DNA from: Myxococcota bacterium
GTDB lineage: Bacteria > Myxococcota_A > UBA796 > CAJQPC01
Assembly: GCA_036229005.1 (NCBI GenBank)
Contig: JAZAMN010000031.1
Span: 229,647 to 293,646 of the forward strand
Direction: 5' to 3'
Length of the DNA stretch: 64,000 nt
The translations under genes and the position numbers were made by a program. Positions 19,138-28,600 of the stretch are shown in pieces (within the stretch, counting starts at the first letter, position 1; every line of letters starts with the position of its first letter). Under the pieces are notes generated by a model. That model saw only the letters and a list, made by a program, of their open reading frames with translations, had not been told where the DNA came from and did no database searches.

Positions 19138-20787
19138 ATGGCCAAGCTGACCCCCCTCGCGAAGGGCCTCATCGCCGTGACCATCCTCTCCCTGACCGCG
19201 GCCGCCGCCTGGCAGCTCGGCGTGAAGGACATGGTCCAGGGCGACCCCGGGTCCGACCCCGGAACCAGCGGCCCGGTCTTTGGTGACAAAGAGAACAAGA
19301 ACGCAGCGCTGGGCTCCAAGGACAACCCCCTCAAGGTGTCCATCGTGTCCTTCCACGGCTACGCGCCCGCGCTGGTGGCCAATGGCGGCAGCCTCGTGAC
19401 CCAGCCGGGCTCGCTCATGGAGCAGAACGGCACCCACGTCGAGCTCGTGATCCAGGACGACATCCCCACCCTGGCGACCATCTTCTCCTCCGACACCGCC
19501 CACTGCGCCTGGCGCACCAGCGACTTCTGGGCCCAGGAGCACCCCAACCTGCGGGGCAACGAGCTGGACGCCAAGGCCATCATGGTCGTGGACAACACCC
19601 AGGGCGCCGACGCCATCATCGCCAAGGACAGCAACATCCAGTCCATCGAGGACCTGGCGGACAAGAAGATCGCGCTGCTGCAGTACACCCCCAGCGACGG
19701 CATGGTGATCGACGCCATCGACAACTCGGCGATGTCGGCCCGCAAGAAGAACTCCGTGGACCTGGTCTACATCAACGCCGAGGAGGGCACCGCCGGCGTG
19801 CGCGCGGCCTTCGAGAGCGGCCAGGTGGACGCCGCGGCCCTCTGGGATCCGGACCTGTCCCTGGCGGTCCAGGCGGTCCCTGGCGCCCACGTCATCTACT
19901 CGACCAAGACGGCGACCAACCTGATCTACGACGTGATCGTGTGCGACACGCGCTACCTGGACGACCCCAACAACGCCCAGGCCTTCCAGGGCTTCGTGGG
20001 CGGCTGGATGGCCGGCGTGGAGGCCGCGGAGAAGGACCCCGAGGCCGCCGTGGACGCCCTGATCCAGAACGAGGAGTTCTTTGAGTTGCTCGCCAAGGAT
20101 GAGGGCCGCGGCTTCATCCGGGGGCTCTTCGACAACCTGGTCTGGACCGGGGTCGAGGACAACGCCCGCATCCTGGGCATGGTGGGCGGCACCAACCACT
20201 ACGAGCGCGTCTACAAGCGCTTCGACATGATCTACCGGAAGGCCGGGGCCCTCGCGAACCCCAACGCGCCGGTCATCAACCCCAGCGACTCCTTCGACTA
20301 CCGCTTCATCCAGTCCCTGGTGGACGCCGACGCCGCCGCGCAGGCCGCCGCCAAGAAGCCCGAGTTCGTGTTCACCGAGACCGAGCGCGACGTGGCCGTC
20401 AAGAAGGAGGCCCAGCTCACCAAGCCCATCACGGTGAACTTCACCACGGGCAGCGCCGAGCTGAGCAAGCGGGCCATGCAGACCATCGACGACGAGATGG
20501 TCCCCCTGATCGAGAACAACGGCTCGGCCTACTTCCAGGTCAGCGGGAACACCGACAGCACCGGCTCCCGCGCCACCAACATGAAGCTCTCCAAGCAACG
20601 CGCCCAGGCCGTGACCGACTACCTGGTCACCCAGTGGGAGTTCAAGCCCGAGCGCTTCATCGTGGTGGGCAACGGCCCGGACTTCCCCATCTGCCCCGAG
20701 AAGGACTGGCAGGCCGAGGGCTACGCGGATCTGGACGCCTGCCGGGCGGACAACCGCACCACCCGACTGGCCGTCCACGCGCGCTGA
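19138..20787 (+). CDS. ABC substrate-binding protein (NMT1/SsuA-like) fused to a C-terminal OmpA-like domain
   Basis: N-terminal hydrophobic anchor; TQGADAII and DAAALWDP; OmpA motifs VNFTTGSAEL, GNTDSTG, LSKQRAQAV and NR. Confidence 0.88.
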   Translation: MAKLTPLAKGLIAVTILSLTAAAAWQLGVKDMVQGDPGSDPGTSGPVFGDKENKNAALGSKDNPLKVSIVSFHGYAPALVANGGSLVTQPGSLMEQNGTHVELVIQDDIPTLATIFSSDTAHCAWRTSDFWAQEHPNLRGNELDAKAIMVVDNTQGADAIIAKDSNIQSIEDLADKKIALLQYTPSDGMVIDAIDNSAMSARKKNSVDLVYINAEEGTAGVRAAFESGQVDAAALWDPDLSLAVQAVPGAHVIYSTKTATNLIYDVIVCDTRYLDDPNNAQAFQGFVGGWMAGVEAAEKDPEAAVDALIQNEEFFELLAKDEGRGFIRGLFDNLVWTGVEDNARILGMVGGTNHYERVYKRFDMIYRKAGALANPNAPVINPSDSFDYRFIQSLVDADAAAQAAAKKPEFVFTETERDVAVKKEAQLTKPITVNFTTGSAELSKRAMQTIDDEMVPLIENNGSAYFQVSGNTDSTGSRATNMKLSKQRAQAVTDYLVTQWEFKPERFIVVGNGPDFPICPEKDWQAEGYADLDACRADNRTTRLAVHAR

Positions 20788-20790
20788 CAC

Positions 20791-21582
20791 ATGTGGAATC
20801 CCTACAAAGAGGTGCCCGCCTCCAAGCGGCGGGTGCTCGGCCTGGTCTCGGTGGCCACCATCCTGGTCATCTGGTCCCTGCTCACCGGCCTCTCGGTGGT
20901 GGGCAAGGCCAAGCTGCCCGCCCCCTGGGAGGTCGCGCAGGCCTTCGTGCAGCTGGCGTGGGACGCGGACAAGGGTGAGTCGCTGCTGATGACGGCGACC
21001 ATCGCTTCGCTCTCGCGTGTCCTCGTCGCGGGGATGGCGGTGTGCGCGGTGGGGATTCCAGTCGGGGTGCTGATGGGTGCAGCCCCCAAGGTGAACGCGG
21101 CCCTCTCGCCCCTCGTCGACCCCTTCCGCTCTGCACCCATTGTGGCCATCCAGCCCGTGCTGGTGATGTGGTTCGGGATCTACGAGCTCTCCAAGATCAC
21201 CTTCCTCTTCCTGGGGGCAGTGGTCTACCTGATCCCCATGGTCCGGGACGCCGTCCAGGCGGTGCCCAGCACCTACTACATCTCGGCCCGGGACCTGGGC
21301 GCCTCACCCTGGGAGGCCGTGCGCCACGCCGTGCTCCCCATGGCCATGCCCCGCGTCGCCGACGGTGTGATCGTGAGCATCTCGGTCATGTGGACCTACA
21401 TCACCGTGGCCGAGTACGTGAACGCCGAGAAGGGCCTGGGACAGCTCATCCAGAACGCCAAGCGCTTCTCCGCCATGGATCAGGTCTTCGTCGGCATCAT
21501 CGTCATCATCGCGCTGGCGCTGCTGACCTACACCGGCATGAGCTGGCTCAAGAACAAGCTCTACCCCTGGGAGGTCGCGTGA
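20791..21582 (+). CDS. ABC transporter permease (NitT/TauT family)
   Basis: LPAPWEV, EAA-like SARDLGAS and TVAEYVNAEKGLG. Confidence 0.92.
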   Translation: MWNPYKEVPASKRRVLGLVSVATILVIWSLLTGLSVVGKAKLPAPWEVAQAFVQLAWDADKGESLLMTATIASLSRVLVAGMAVCAVGIPVGVLMGAAPKVNAALSPLVDPFRSAPIVAIQPVLVMWFGIYELSKITFLFLGAVVYLIPMVRDAVQAVPSTYYISARDLGASPWEAVRHAVLPMAMPRVADGVIVSISVMWTYITVAEYVNAEKGLGQLIQNAKRFSAMDQVFVGIIVIIALALLTYTGMSWLKNKLYPWEVA

Positions 21583-22400
21583 GCGTCTCCATCGAACTCC
21601 AGGACATCGGCCAGAGCTACCCCGCCCCCCAAGAGGGTGAGCCGGACGTGGTCGTGCTGGACGGGATCAACCTCAAGCTGGAGCCCGGCATCAACATGCT
21701 GCTGGGGCCCTCGGGCTGCGGCAAGTCCACCGTGCTCAAGCTCATGGGCGGGGTGCGCCCCTACAACGTGGTGAGCCCCACCAAGGGCAGCGTGCTGATC
21801 GACGGCGAGCCCTGCGAGGGCCCCCACGACGACGCGGTCATGGTCTTCCAGCGCTACGCCAACCGCCCCGACCTGAGCGTGCGGGAGAACGTCGCGCTGC
21901 CCTTCCGCTTTGCCCTGTGGAAGGCCAAGGTCCCCAAGGCCGAGCAGGACAAGCGCGTCGACGACATGCTCGAGGCCGTGGGCCTGGCGGACAAGGCCGC
22001 GCTGATGCCCAGCCAGCTCTCCGGCGGACAGAACCAGCGGGTCGCGTTGGCCCGGGCCCTGGTGCTCCAGCCCCGCATCCTGCTGATGGACGAGCCCTTC
22101 GGCGCCCTGGACGCCCAGACGCGCGAGGAGATGCAGGCCCTGCTGATCGAGCTGATCGCCAAGCAGCCCTGCCTGGTCGTGTTCGTCACCCACGACGTCA
22201 CCGAGGCCCTGCTGCTCGGCGACCGCGTGCTGGTGCTCTCCACCCGCCCGGCCAGCATCGCCGACGACTTCCGCATCGCCGAGAGCAAGCCCCGCTCCCA
22301 GGCCTGGCGCCGCTCCACCGAGGCCACCAGGATGGAAGAGCGCGTCCTCAAGCAGCTCCACCAGGCCGGCGCAGGCGGTCAGGTGCGCGTGACCCTCTAG
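21579..22400 (+). CDS. ABC transporter ATP-binding protein (NitT/TauT family)
   Basis: GPSGCGKST, LSGGQNQR, LLMDEPFGALD and VTHD; GTGA overlap. Confidence 0.95.
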   Translation: MSVSIELQDIGQSYPAPQEGEPDVVVLDGINLKLEPGINMLLGPSGCGKSTVLKLMGGVRPYNVVSPTKGSVLIDGEPCEGPHDDAVMVFQRYANRPDLSVRENVALPFRFALWKAKVPKAEQDKRVDDMLEAVGLADKAALMPSQLSGGQNQRVALARALVLQPRILLMDEPFGALDAQTREEMQALLIELIAKQPCLVVFVTHDVTEALLLGDRVLVLSTRPASIADDFRIAESKPRSQAWRRSTEATRMEERVLKQLHQAGAGGQVRVTL

Positions 22401-22418
22401 CCAGCGAGCAGACCGACC

Positions 22419-23291
22419 TTGGCCGACAAGCCGCATATCTGGGAAGAAGAAGGCAGCGCGGAGATCTCCTACCTCAAGGAGATGATCACCAGCCAGGCCT
22501 CCATCGGCAGCGTCCTCGGGGCTCTGTCCGTGGGGGCTCTGCTGTCCATCCCCCTGGGCCTGGGCGTAGGCGCGATCCCCATCCTGCTGGCCCTCTCCGG
22601 CAACGCCATCGCCGCGCTGTTCGTGCCCAGCTCCCCCGTGTTCCGGGCCAAGGTCAACCGCCGCAAGCGCAACCAGCGCCGCGAGGCCGCCCGCGAGCAC
22701 CTGCAGACCCAGATCAACCAGCGGGTCAAGCCGGACGACCCCAACTGGGCCACCTACCACCGCATGCAGGAGCGCCTGGACAGCCTCACGGCCATGGCGA
22801 CCAACCGGGACACCGCGCTCACCGAGACCATGGTGCAGCGGCTGAACGACTCCACCGTCGACTTCCTGGGCCTGTGGCTGGCCTGGCTCACCATGCGGGA
22901 GCGCTGGGAGAGCGTGGACGAGCGCACCCTCAAGCGCCGCATCCGCCAGATCGAGATGGAGCTGGAGAAGGGCGAGACCTCGGGCGTGGACACCCACCAC
23001 CTGCGCAAGGCCAAGGCCGACCTGCAGGGCGTGTTGGATCGCCGCCAGTCCCTGTGGAGCCGCGCCACCTCTGTGGAGGCCGCGATGCTGGCCATGGCCG
23101 ACACCTTCGAGGAGGTCTACCAGCGCGTGATGGCCAACCCCAACGCCAAGGAGGTCGGCGCCGAGCTGAACGCCGCCGTGGAGCGGATGCGGGTGGAGGA
23201 GCAGTTGGATCTCGCAGTGGATCGGGAGCTGTCCGACATGCTCGACCCCAAGAAACGGGCCGCTGCCCGCGCACGCCAATCCTTGCGCTGA
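22419..23291 (+). CDS. Hypothetical membrane-anchored coiled-coil protein
   Basis: Hydrophobic hairpin near the N-terminus followed by long charged helices; 18 nt after the ABC ATPase. Confidence 0.78.
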   Translation: MADKPHIWEEEGSAEISYLKEMITSQASIGSVLGALSVGALLSIPLGLGVGAIPILLALSGNAIAALFVPSSPVFRAKVNRRKRNQRREAAREHLQTQINQRVKPDDPNWATYHRMQERLDSLTAMATNRDTALTETMVQRLNDSTVDFLGLWLAWLTMRERWESVDERTLKRRIRQIEMELEKGETSGVDTHHLRKAKADLQGVLDRRQSLWSRATSVEAAMLAMADTFEEVYQRVMANPNAKEVGAELNAAVERMRVEEQLDLAVDRELSDMLDPKKRAAARARQSLR

Positions 23292-23348
23292 TGCCCCAAG
23301 CGAGGTCACCCGCAGCCTGATCCCTCGCGTGCTTTCCAGCCTTTGCTC

Positions 23349-23377
23349 TTGACATGCCAACAGGGCCGGAGCATTGT
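23349..23377 (+). promoter_or_regulatory. Putative sigma70-type promoter of the ParA-family gene
   Basis: TTGACA-N17-CATTGT. Confidence 0.5.
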
Positions 23378-23383
23378 TCGGAC

Positions 23384-24235
23384 ATGCGCATGTCCCTGTC
23401 CAGCTTCAACCGCCGGCCCGCCAAGCCCCAGAAGACCCTGGAGTGGGGCGACAAGGCCGCCACGGTCATCGCGGTCGCCGCCCAGAAGGGTGGCGTGGGC
23501 AAGACCACCACCGCCATCAGCCTGGCCGCCGCCTGGGCCCGCTTCTCGGGCCTCAAGGTGCTGCTCGTGGACCTGGACCCCCAGGCCAACTGCGCCGTCG
23601 CCCTGCGGGATGGCGTGGCGTTTGGCGGCGGCTCCCTGGCGGAGATCCTCAGCGAGGGCCGCGGCACCGAGGTCGGCGAGATCTCCGTCCCCTCCGGCGT
23701 GCCCAACCTGGACATCCTGCCGCCCGACCCCGATCTGCAGTCCGTCGAGGCCCGCTTGGCGTCCAAGATCGGCCGGGAGTTCGCCCTGCGCACCGCGCTG
23801 GAGCGCACCCGCAGCCACTACGACCTGATCGTCCTGGACTGCCCCCCGCACCTGGGCCCCCTCACCCTCAACGGGCTGGCCGCGGCGGATCACGTCGTGG
23901 TCCCCTGCACTCCCGATGCCCTCGCCGTCGCCGGGGTTCAAGGGGTGCTCACGGCCATCGAGGAGGTCCGCGGTCAGCTCAACCCCAACCTGGCGCTGGC
24001 CGGCGTCCTCCTCACCCGCGTCGACAAGCGCAACAGCCGCACCACGGGGCTTGCCCTGGAGCTGGTTGAAGAGGCCTTCGGAGACCTGCTGGTGGAGCAG
24101 AGAGTGGACATCCACGCCTCCCTGGCCGCGGCCCAGATCGCCGGTCGCGATATCTTCGCCCACGACCCCAACGGCCGCAGCGCCCGTCAGTACCAGGACC
24201 TGGCCAGCGAGCTGCTGGAGCGCCTGGAGGATTAG
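23384..24235 (+). CDS. ParA/Soj family ATPase (no parB in window)
   Basis: Deviant Walker A QKGGVGKTT, DLDPQAN, DCPP; start at 23384 or 23390. Confidence 0.93.
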   Translation: MRMSLSSFNRRPAKPQKTLEWGDKAATVIAVAAQKGGVGKTTTAISLAAAWARFSGLKVLLVDLDPQANCAVALRDGVAFGGGSLAEILSEGRGTEVGEISVPSGVPNLDILPPDPDLQSVEARLASKIGREFALRTALERTRSHYDLIVLDCPPHLGPLTLNGLAAADHVVVPCTPDALAVAGVQGVLTAIEEVRGQLNPNLALAGVLLTRVDKRNSRTTGLALELVEEAFGDLLVEQRVDIHASLAAAQIAGRDIFAHDPNGRSARQYQDLASELLERLED

Positions 24236-24262
24236 GGCGGGGCGGCCTCAGCCAGAGGCCCC

Positions 24263-25096
24263 ATGATCACCCTCGCCGACCTCCAGAGCGCCCACGACTT
24301 CTCCTCCTCCCAAGCCGCCGTCGAGCAGGCGGTCGGCCAGGGCATGCGCAGCCGCAGCGCCCTGCTGCAGTTCGTCGGCCGCTACACGAGCTGGAACGGC
24401 TTCTTCGGCAGCGGCGTGGCCACCCTGGCCGGCAAGATCGGGCGTTCGCGCCGCATCTTCACCGACCCCGCGGAACCGATCCACGCCCTGGCGGACCGCA
24501 GCGTGCTGGTCGGCAGCTTCTTCTTCGACGCCGCCCGGGACGAGTTCGACGACTCCTCGACCGAGCACCGGGACACCCACCGCTGCCTGGCCCAGGCCTT
24601 CGTGGCGGGCATCGCCCGAAGCATGCACAAGCGGGACCCCGCCGAGCTCAACAGCCTGCTCGCCGACCCCGTCTGGCTGCTGCCCCTCCAGCACCGCGTG
24701 GCCCAAGGCTACGGCGCGACCAGCCCCGATGACGCCCCGCACATCTTCCGGTCCATGGGCTACCACCTGGGCTCCGAGGTGCTCGCCGACCAGGAGTTCT
24801 CCCTGATCGACAACGCCCTGCGGCACAGCGATCCCGAGCTGGTCGAGGAGATGGAGTCCGGCACCTACAACATCGGCGGGCGGGAGCACGCCTGCTACCA
24901 CTGGCTGGGCATCCACAGCGGGCACGGCGGGGGCGTGGAGCACGACCACTTCGAGTGGGCCGTGCAGGGGGTGCAGCGCGCGTTCGACTACACCCCCACC
25001 GAGCAGCACGCCGCCCTGCGGCAGCAGGTGCTGCTGGGCTTCGGGGACTTCGCCCGGGACCACGCCGAGTTCTTCGCCATGGTCGTCCGGGACTGA
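24263..25096 (+). CDS. Putative heme-oxygenase-like diiron (CADD/PqqC/TenA-fold) protein
   Basis: All-helical character with candidate ligands DE...H (RDEFDDSSTEHRDTH), E (GSE) and H...E..H (IHSGHGGGVEHDH). Confidence 0.6.
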   Translation: MITLADLQSAHDFSSSQAAVEQAVGQGMRSRSALLQFVGRYTSWNGFFGSGVATLAGKIGRSRRIFTDPAEPIHALADRSVLVGSFFFDAARDEFDDSSTEHRDTHRCLAQAFVAGIARSMHKRDPAELNSLLADPVWLLPLQHRVAQGYGATSPDDAPHIFRSMGYHLGSEVLADQEFSLIDNALRHSDPELVEEMESGTYNIGGREHACYHWLGIHSGHGGGVEHDHFEWAVQGVQRAFDYTPTEQHAALRQQVLLGFGDFARDHAEFFAMVVRD

Positions 25097-25100
25097 GCGC

Positions 25101-25526
25101 CTACCAGGTGCCCGTGCTGGGCATCGACTTCCAGGGCTCCTGCAGGGGCAGGGCCTCGCCCGCCTGCAGCAGCTCGATGGACTGACCGTCCGGGGACTTC
25201 ACGAAGGCCATGCGGCCATCCCGGGGCGGCCGCAGGATGGTCACGCCGCCGGCCTGCAGGCGCTCGCACGACGCGTAGATGTCGTCCACGGCGAAGGCCA
25301 GGTGCCCAAAGTAGCGCCCCGTGGTGTAGGGCTCCTGTTGATCCCAGTTCCAGGTCAGCTCGATGGTGGCGCTGTCCTCGGCGTGGCCGCTCTCCAGGAA
25401 GACCAGGGAGTAGCGGCCCTGCTCGTAGTCGCTGCGCCGCTTGACCCGGAGGCCGAGCAGGTCGACGAAGAAGTGCAGGGAGGCGTCCAGGTCGCGGACG
25501 CGGATCATCGTGTGCAGGAAACGCAT
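25101..25526 (-). CDS. gloA: Lactoylglutathione lyase (glyoxalase I)
   Basis: MRFLHTMIRV, IELTWNWD, FGHLAF and AFVKSPDGQSIEL. Confidence 0.93.
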   Translation of the reverse strand: MRFLHTMIRVRDLDASLHFFVDLLGLRVKRRSDYEQGRYSLVFLESGHAEDSATIELTWNWDQQEPYTTGRYFGHLAFAVDDIYASCERLQAGGVTILRPPRDGRMAFVKSPDGQSIELLQAGEALPLQEPWKSMPSTGTW

Positions 25527-25613
25527 GGGCTGCTCCGTAGGAAATCCCGGCCCGTGGCGAAGACCAGGGAACCACCGGGGGGTATCCTGGTGTCCCAGGA
25601 AGGGGAGAGTTGC

Positions 25614-28600
25614 ATGAAGCTGTTGATCCTGATGTCCGTGAGCGCCAGCGCAAAGGACTGGACCACCCTTCCACCCGGCACCGCATCCCCCCGCGTGCTG
25701 CTCCGTGAGGCCCAGAAGGCCCACCCGCCCCAGGAAGGCGAGGACGAGGACGAGGCCATGGAGGGCCGCGACTACGTCCACATCCTCTACGAAGGCAGCT
25801 ACGTCGAGTTTGACGACCAGGGCCGCCAGACCCTCACCTTCCACCGCGTCTACGAGCTGGCCTCTCAGGACGCCGTGGCCTCCTGGGGCCGCACCGAGGC
25901 CGGCTGGTCCCCCTGGTTCCAGGACCGCCCCCAGATCAACGCGCGGGTGATCGCCCCCAACGGGAAGGTCTTCACCCTGGACCCCGAGACCCTCACCGAG
26001 GCCGGCGCGCAGACCGGCGACCTGCTCCTCTACACCGAAGACAAGCTCATCGAGGGCCCCCTCCCCGGCGTGGACCGTGGGGCCGTGGTCGAGGAGTGGA
26101 TCACCTGGACCGAGCACCGGCCCTTCATGGAGTCCGGGGTCATGGGGCGCACCTACCTCAGCTCCCAGCTCCCCATCGACAAGGTGCGGCTCACCCTGAG
26201 CGCCCCCGAAGACCAGGCCTTCAACTGGAAGCCCGAGCTGCTGGAGGGCGTCGAGGTCATCGAGCGCCGCGACGGCACCCTGGAGTTCGTGTTCGAGGAC
26301 GTCGAGCCCTACGAGGACTACGAGCCCGGACAGCCCCTGGACCAACCGCTGGCGCCCGCCATCGCGTGGAGCATCGGCGGGGACTGGGGGGACTACGCGG
26401 CCGAGTACCTCAGCATGTCCTCGGGCCGGATCGATCCGACTGGGCTTGAGAAGGCGGTCCGCAAGGCCCAGGACGGTGAGCCCGACACGCTCGGACTCAT
26501 CAACAACCTCCTCGACTGGATGCGGGAAGAGGTCCGGTACACCGGGCTGGAGTTCGGCGAGTCCTCCATCGTCCCCTACACCCCCCAGCAGACCCTGGAG
26601 CGGGGCTACGGCGACTGCAAGGACAAGGCGACCCTGCTGATCTCCGCGCTGCAGCTCGCCGGCGTCGAGGCCCACTTTGCCCTGCTCTACGCGGGCGGCG
26701 CACGCGACGTGGACCCCGAGCTGCCCGGCAGCAACCAGTTCAACCACGCCATCGTGTACGTGCCGGAGCTGGACCTCTTCGTGGACCCGACCTCGGCGTG
26801 GACCGGGGCGGGCTTCATCCCCGAGTCCGACCAGGGGCGCTGGGCGCTGGTGGCGGCCCCCGGCGTGACCGAGCTCAAGCAGATCCCCCGGGCCACCCCC
26901 GCCTCCGCCCACTGGGAGGAGACCACGGTCTGGGAGATGGGGCTGAACACCGCCACCGTGCGGGAGACCGTCACCGCCTCGGGCTACCTGGCCACCGGGC
27001 CGCGTCGCTACTACAGCGAGCGCAGCGAGGACGAGACGCGCAAGGAGCTCAAGGAGGCCCGCGACTCCTGGCAGGTGGACGAGGACGCCGGCGGCTGGGA
27101 GCTCCCCGGTCTGGCCGACGCCGAGGCGCCCTTCCAGTACGTCGCCGAGTGGCCCAAGGCCGGCGCGGTCACCCCCGACCCCGACGAGTTCAGCGTGCCC
27201 CTGGGCGGCGACAGCGTGCTGGAGTTCCTGCCCCAGTACGCCCTGTTCGACGTCACCCGCATGCGCAGAGAGGCCCGCGAGCGGGACGAGGGCGTCGAGC
27301 TGCCCAAGCGCCGCACCGCCATGCAGATCCCCCCCAGCCAGGCCACCACGGTCGAGCGCGTGCGGGTCCCGGCGGGCTTCGTGATGCCCGAGCTGCCCGA
27401 CGACCTGGAGCTGGAGGCCGGCCCGGTGCGCCTGAGCGCCACCTACACCGAGACCGACGGCTGGTTCACCGCCACCTTCCACCTGGACACCGGCGACGGG
27501 AACCTCAGCCCCGACGAGGTCATCGCCCTCTGGGAGGCCGTCGAGGTCTACAGCCGCGCCGTCCCCGCCAGCATGGAGTTCCTGGGGCTGATCCCCCAGG
27601 GCCTGGAGGACGGAGAGCTCAGCGAGCGCGGCCAGGAGCTGCAGGCGCTGATCGCCGAGAACCCCGAGTCCGCCGGCTTCCAGCTCATGCTCGCCCAGGC
27701 CTGGATGCGCATGGGCCAGCAGCCCGCCGCCCTGGAGGCCGCCACCCGCGCCACCGAGCTGGAGCCCGAGAACCTGGAGGCCTGGCGCACCCTGGCCCGC
27801 ATGACCCAGGCCAACTCCCTGGGGCTGGGCGGCGTCCCCTACGACCGCGACGCCGTGCTGGCCGCCGTGGAGATGGGCCTCACGCTCGACCCTGAAGACA
27901 CCCACCTGCTCAACTGGAAGGCGCGCCTGCTGTGCACCGGCAGCGACGGCGTCCCCTGGGGCGAGGGCTCCGATCTGGACCAGGCCCTGGCCACCTACGA
28001 CGCCCTGGAGGAGGTCCTGGATCAGCCCGGGCGCCTGGACTACAAGCGGCACGAGATCTACTGGCGCCAGGGCGACTTCCAGGCCTGGCTGGACGAGTCC
28101 GAGCCCCCCTACACCTCCGCCCGGGACATCGCCGCCCTGGCCGCGACCAAGGGCAGCCGCGCCGCCATGCAGGAGGTCAAGCGCCTGGGCATGGAGCCCG
28201 ACCGCCAGAAGGACTTCGTGCGCCGCGTGGCCTGGGAGCTGACCCTGCACCGCGAGCACGAGCTGGTGCGCGATGTCTGGGAGGAGGGGCAGGGCAAGGC
28301 CGGCAAGAAGGACCCCCTGGCCCGCCGCAAGGCCTCGGATCCCTTCAAGAACATGCAGAGCTGGGAGCAGCACGTCAAAAACGCCCAGGGCGAGCCCCAG
28401 GGCGCGGTGATGGCCTACATGGCCCACGCCACCATCCACCCCGAGCTCCCCTTCCCCGCCGAGCTCGTCAGCCCCGCGCTGGCCGACTACGCCGAGCTGG
28501 ACGACCCGCACTACAAGCTCATGGAGCAGCTCGAGTGGGCCCCCATCGCCGCCTACACCGACTTCACGCTCTCGGGCCTGGAGTTCGAGACCACCGGCGA

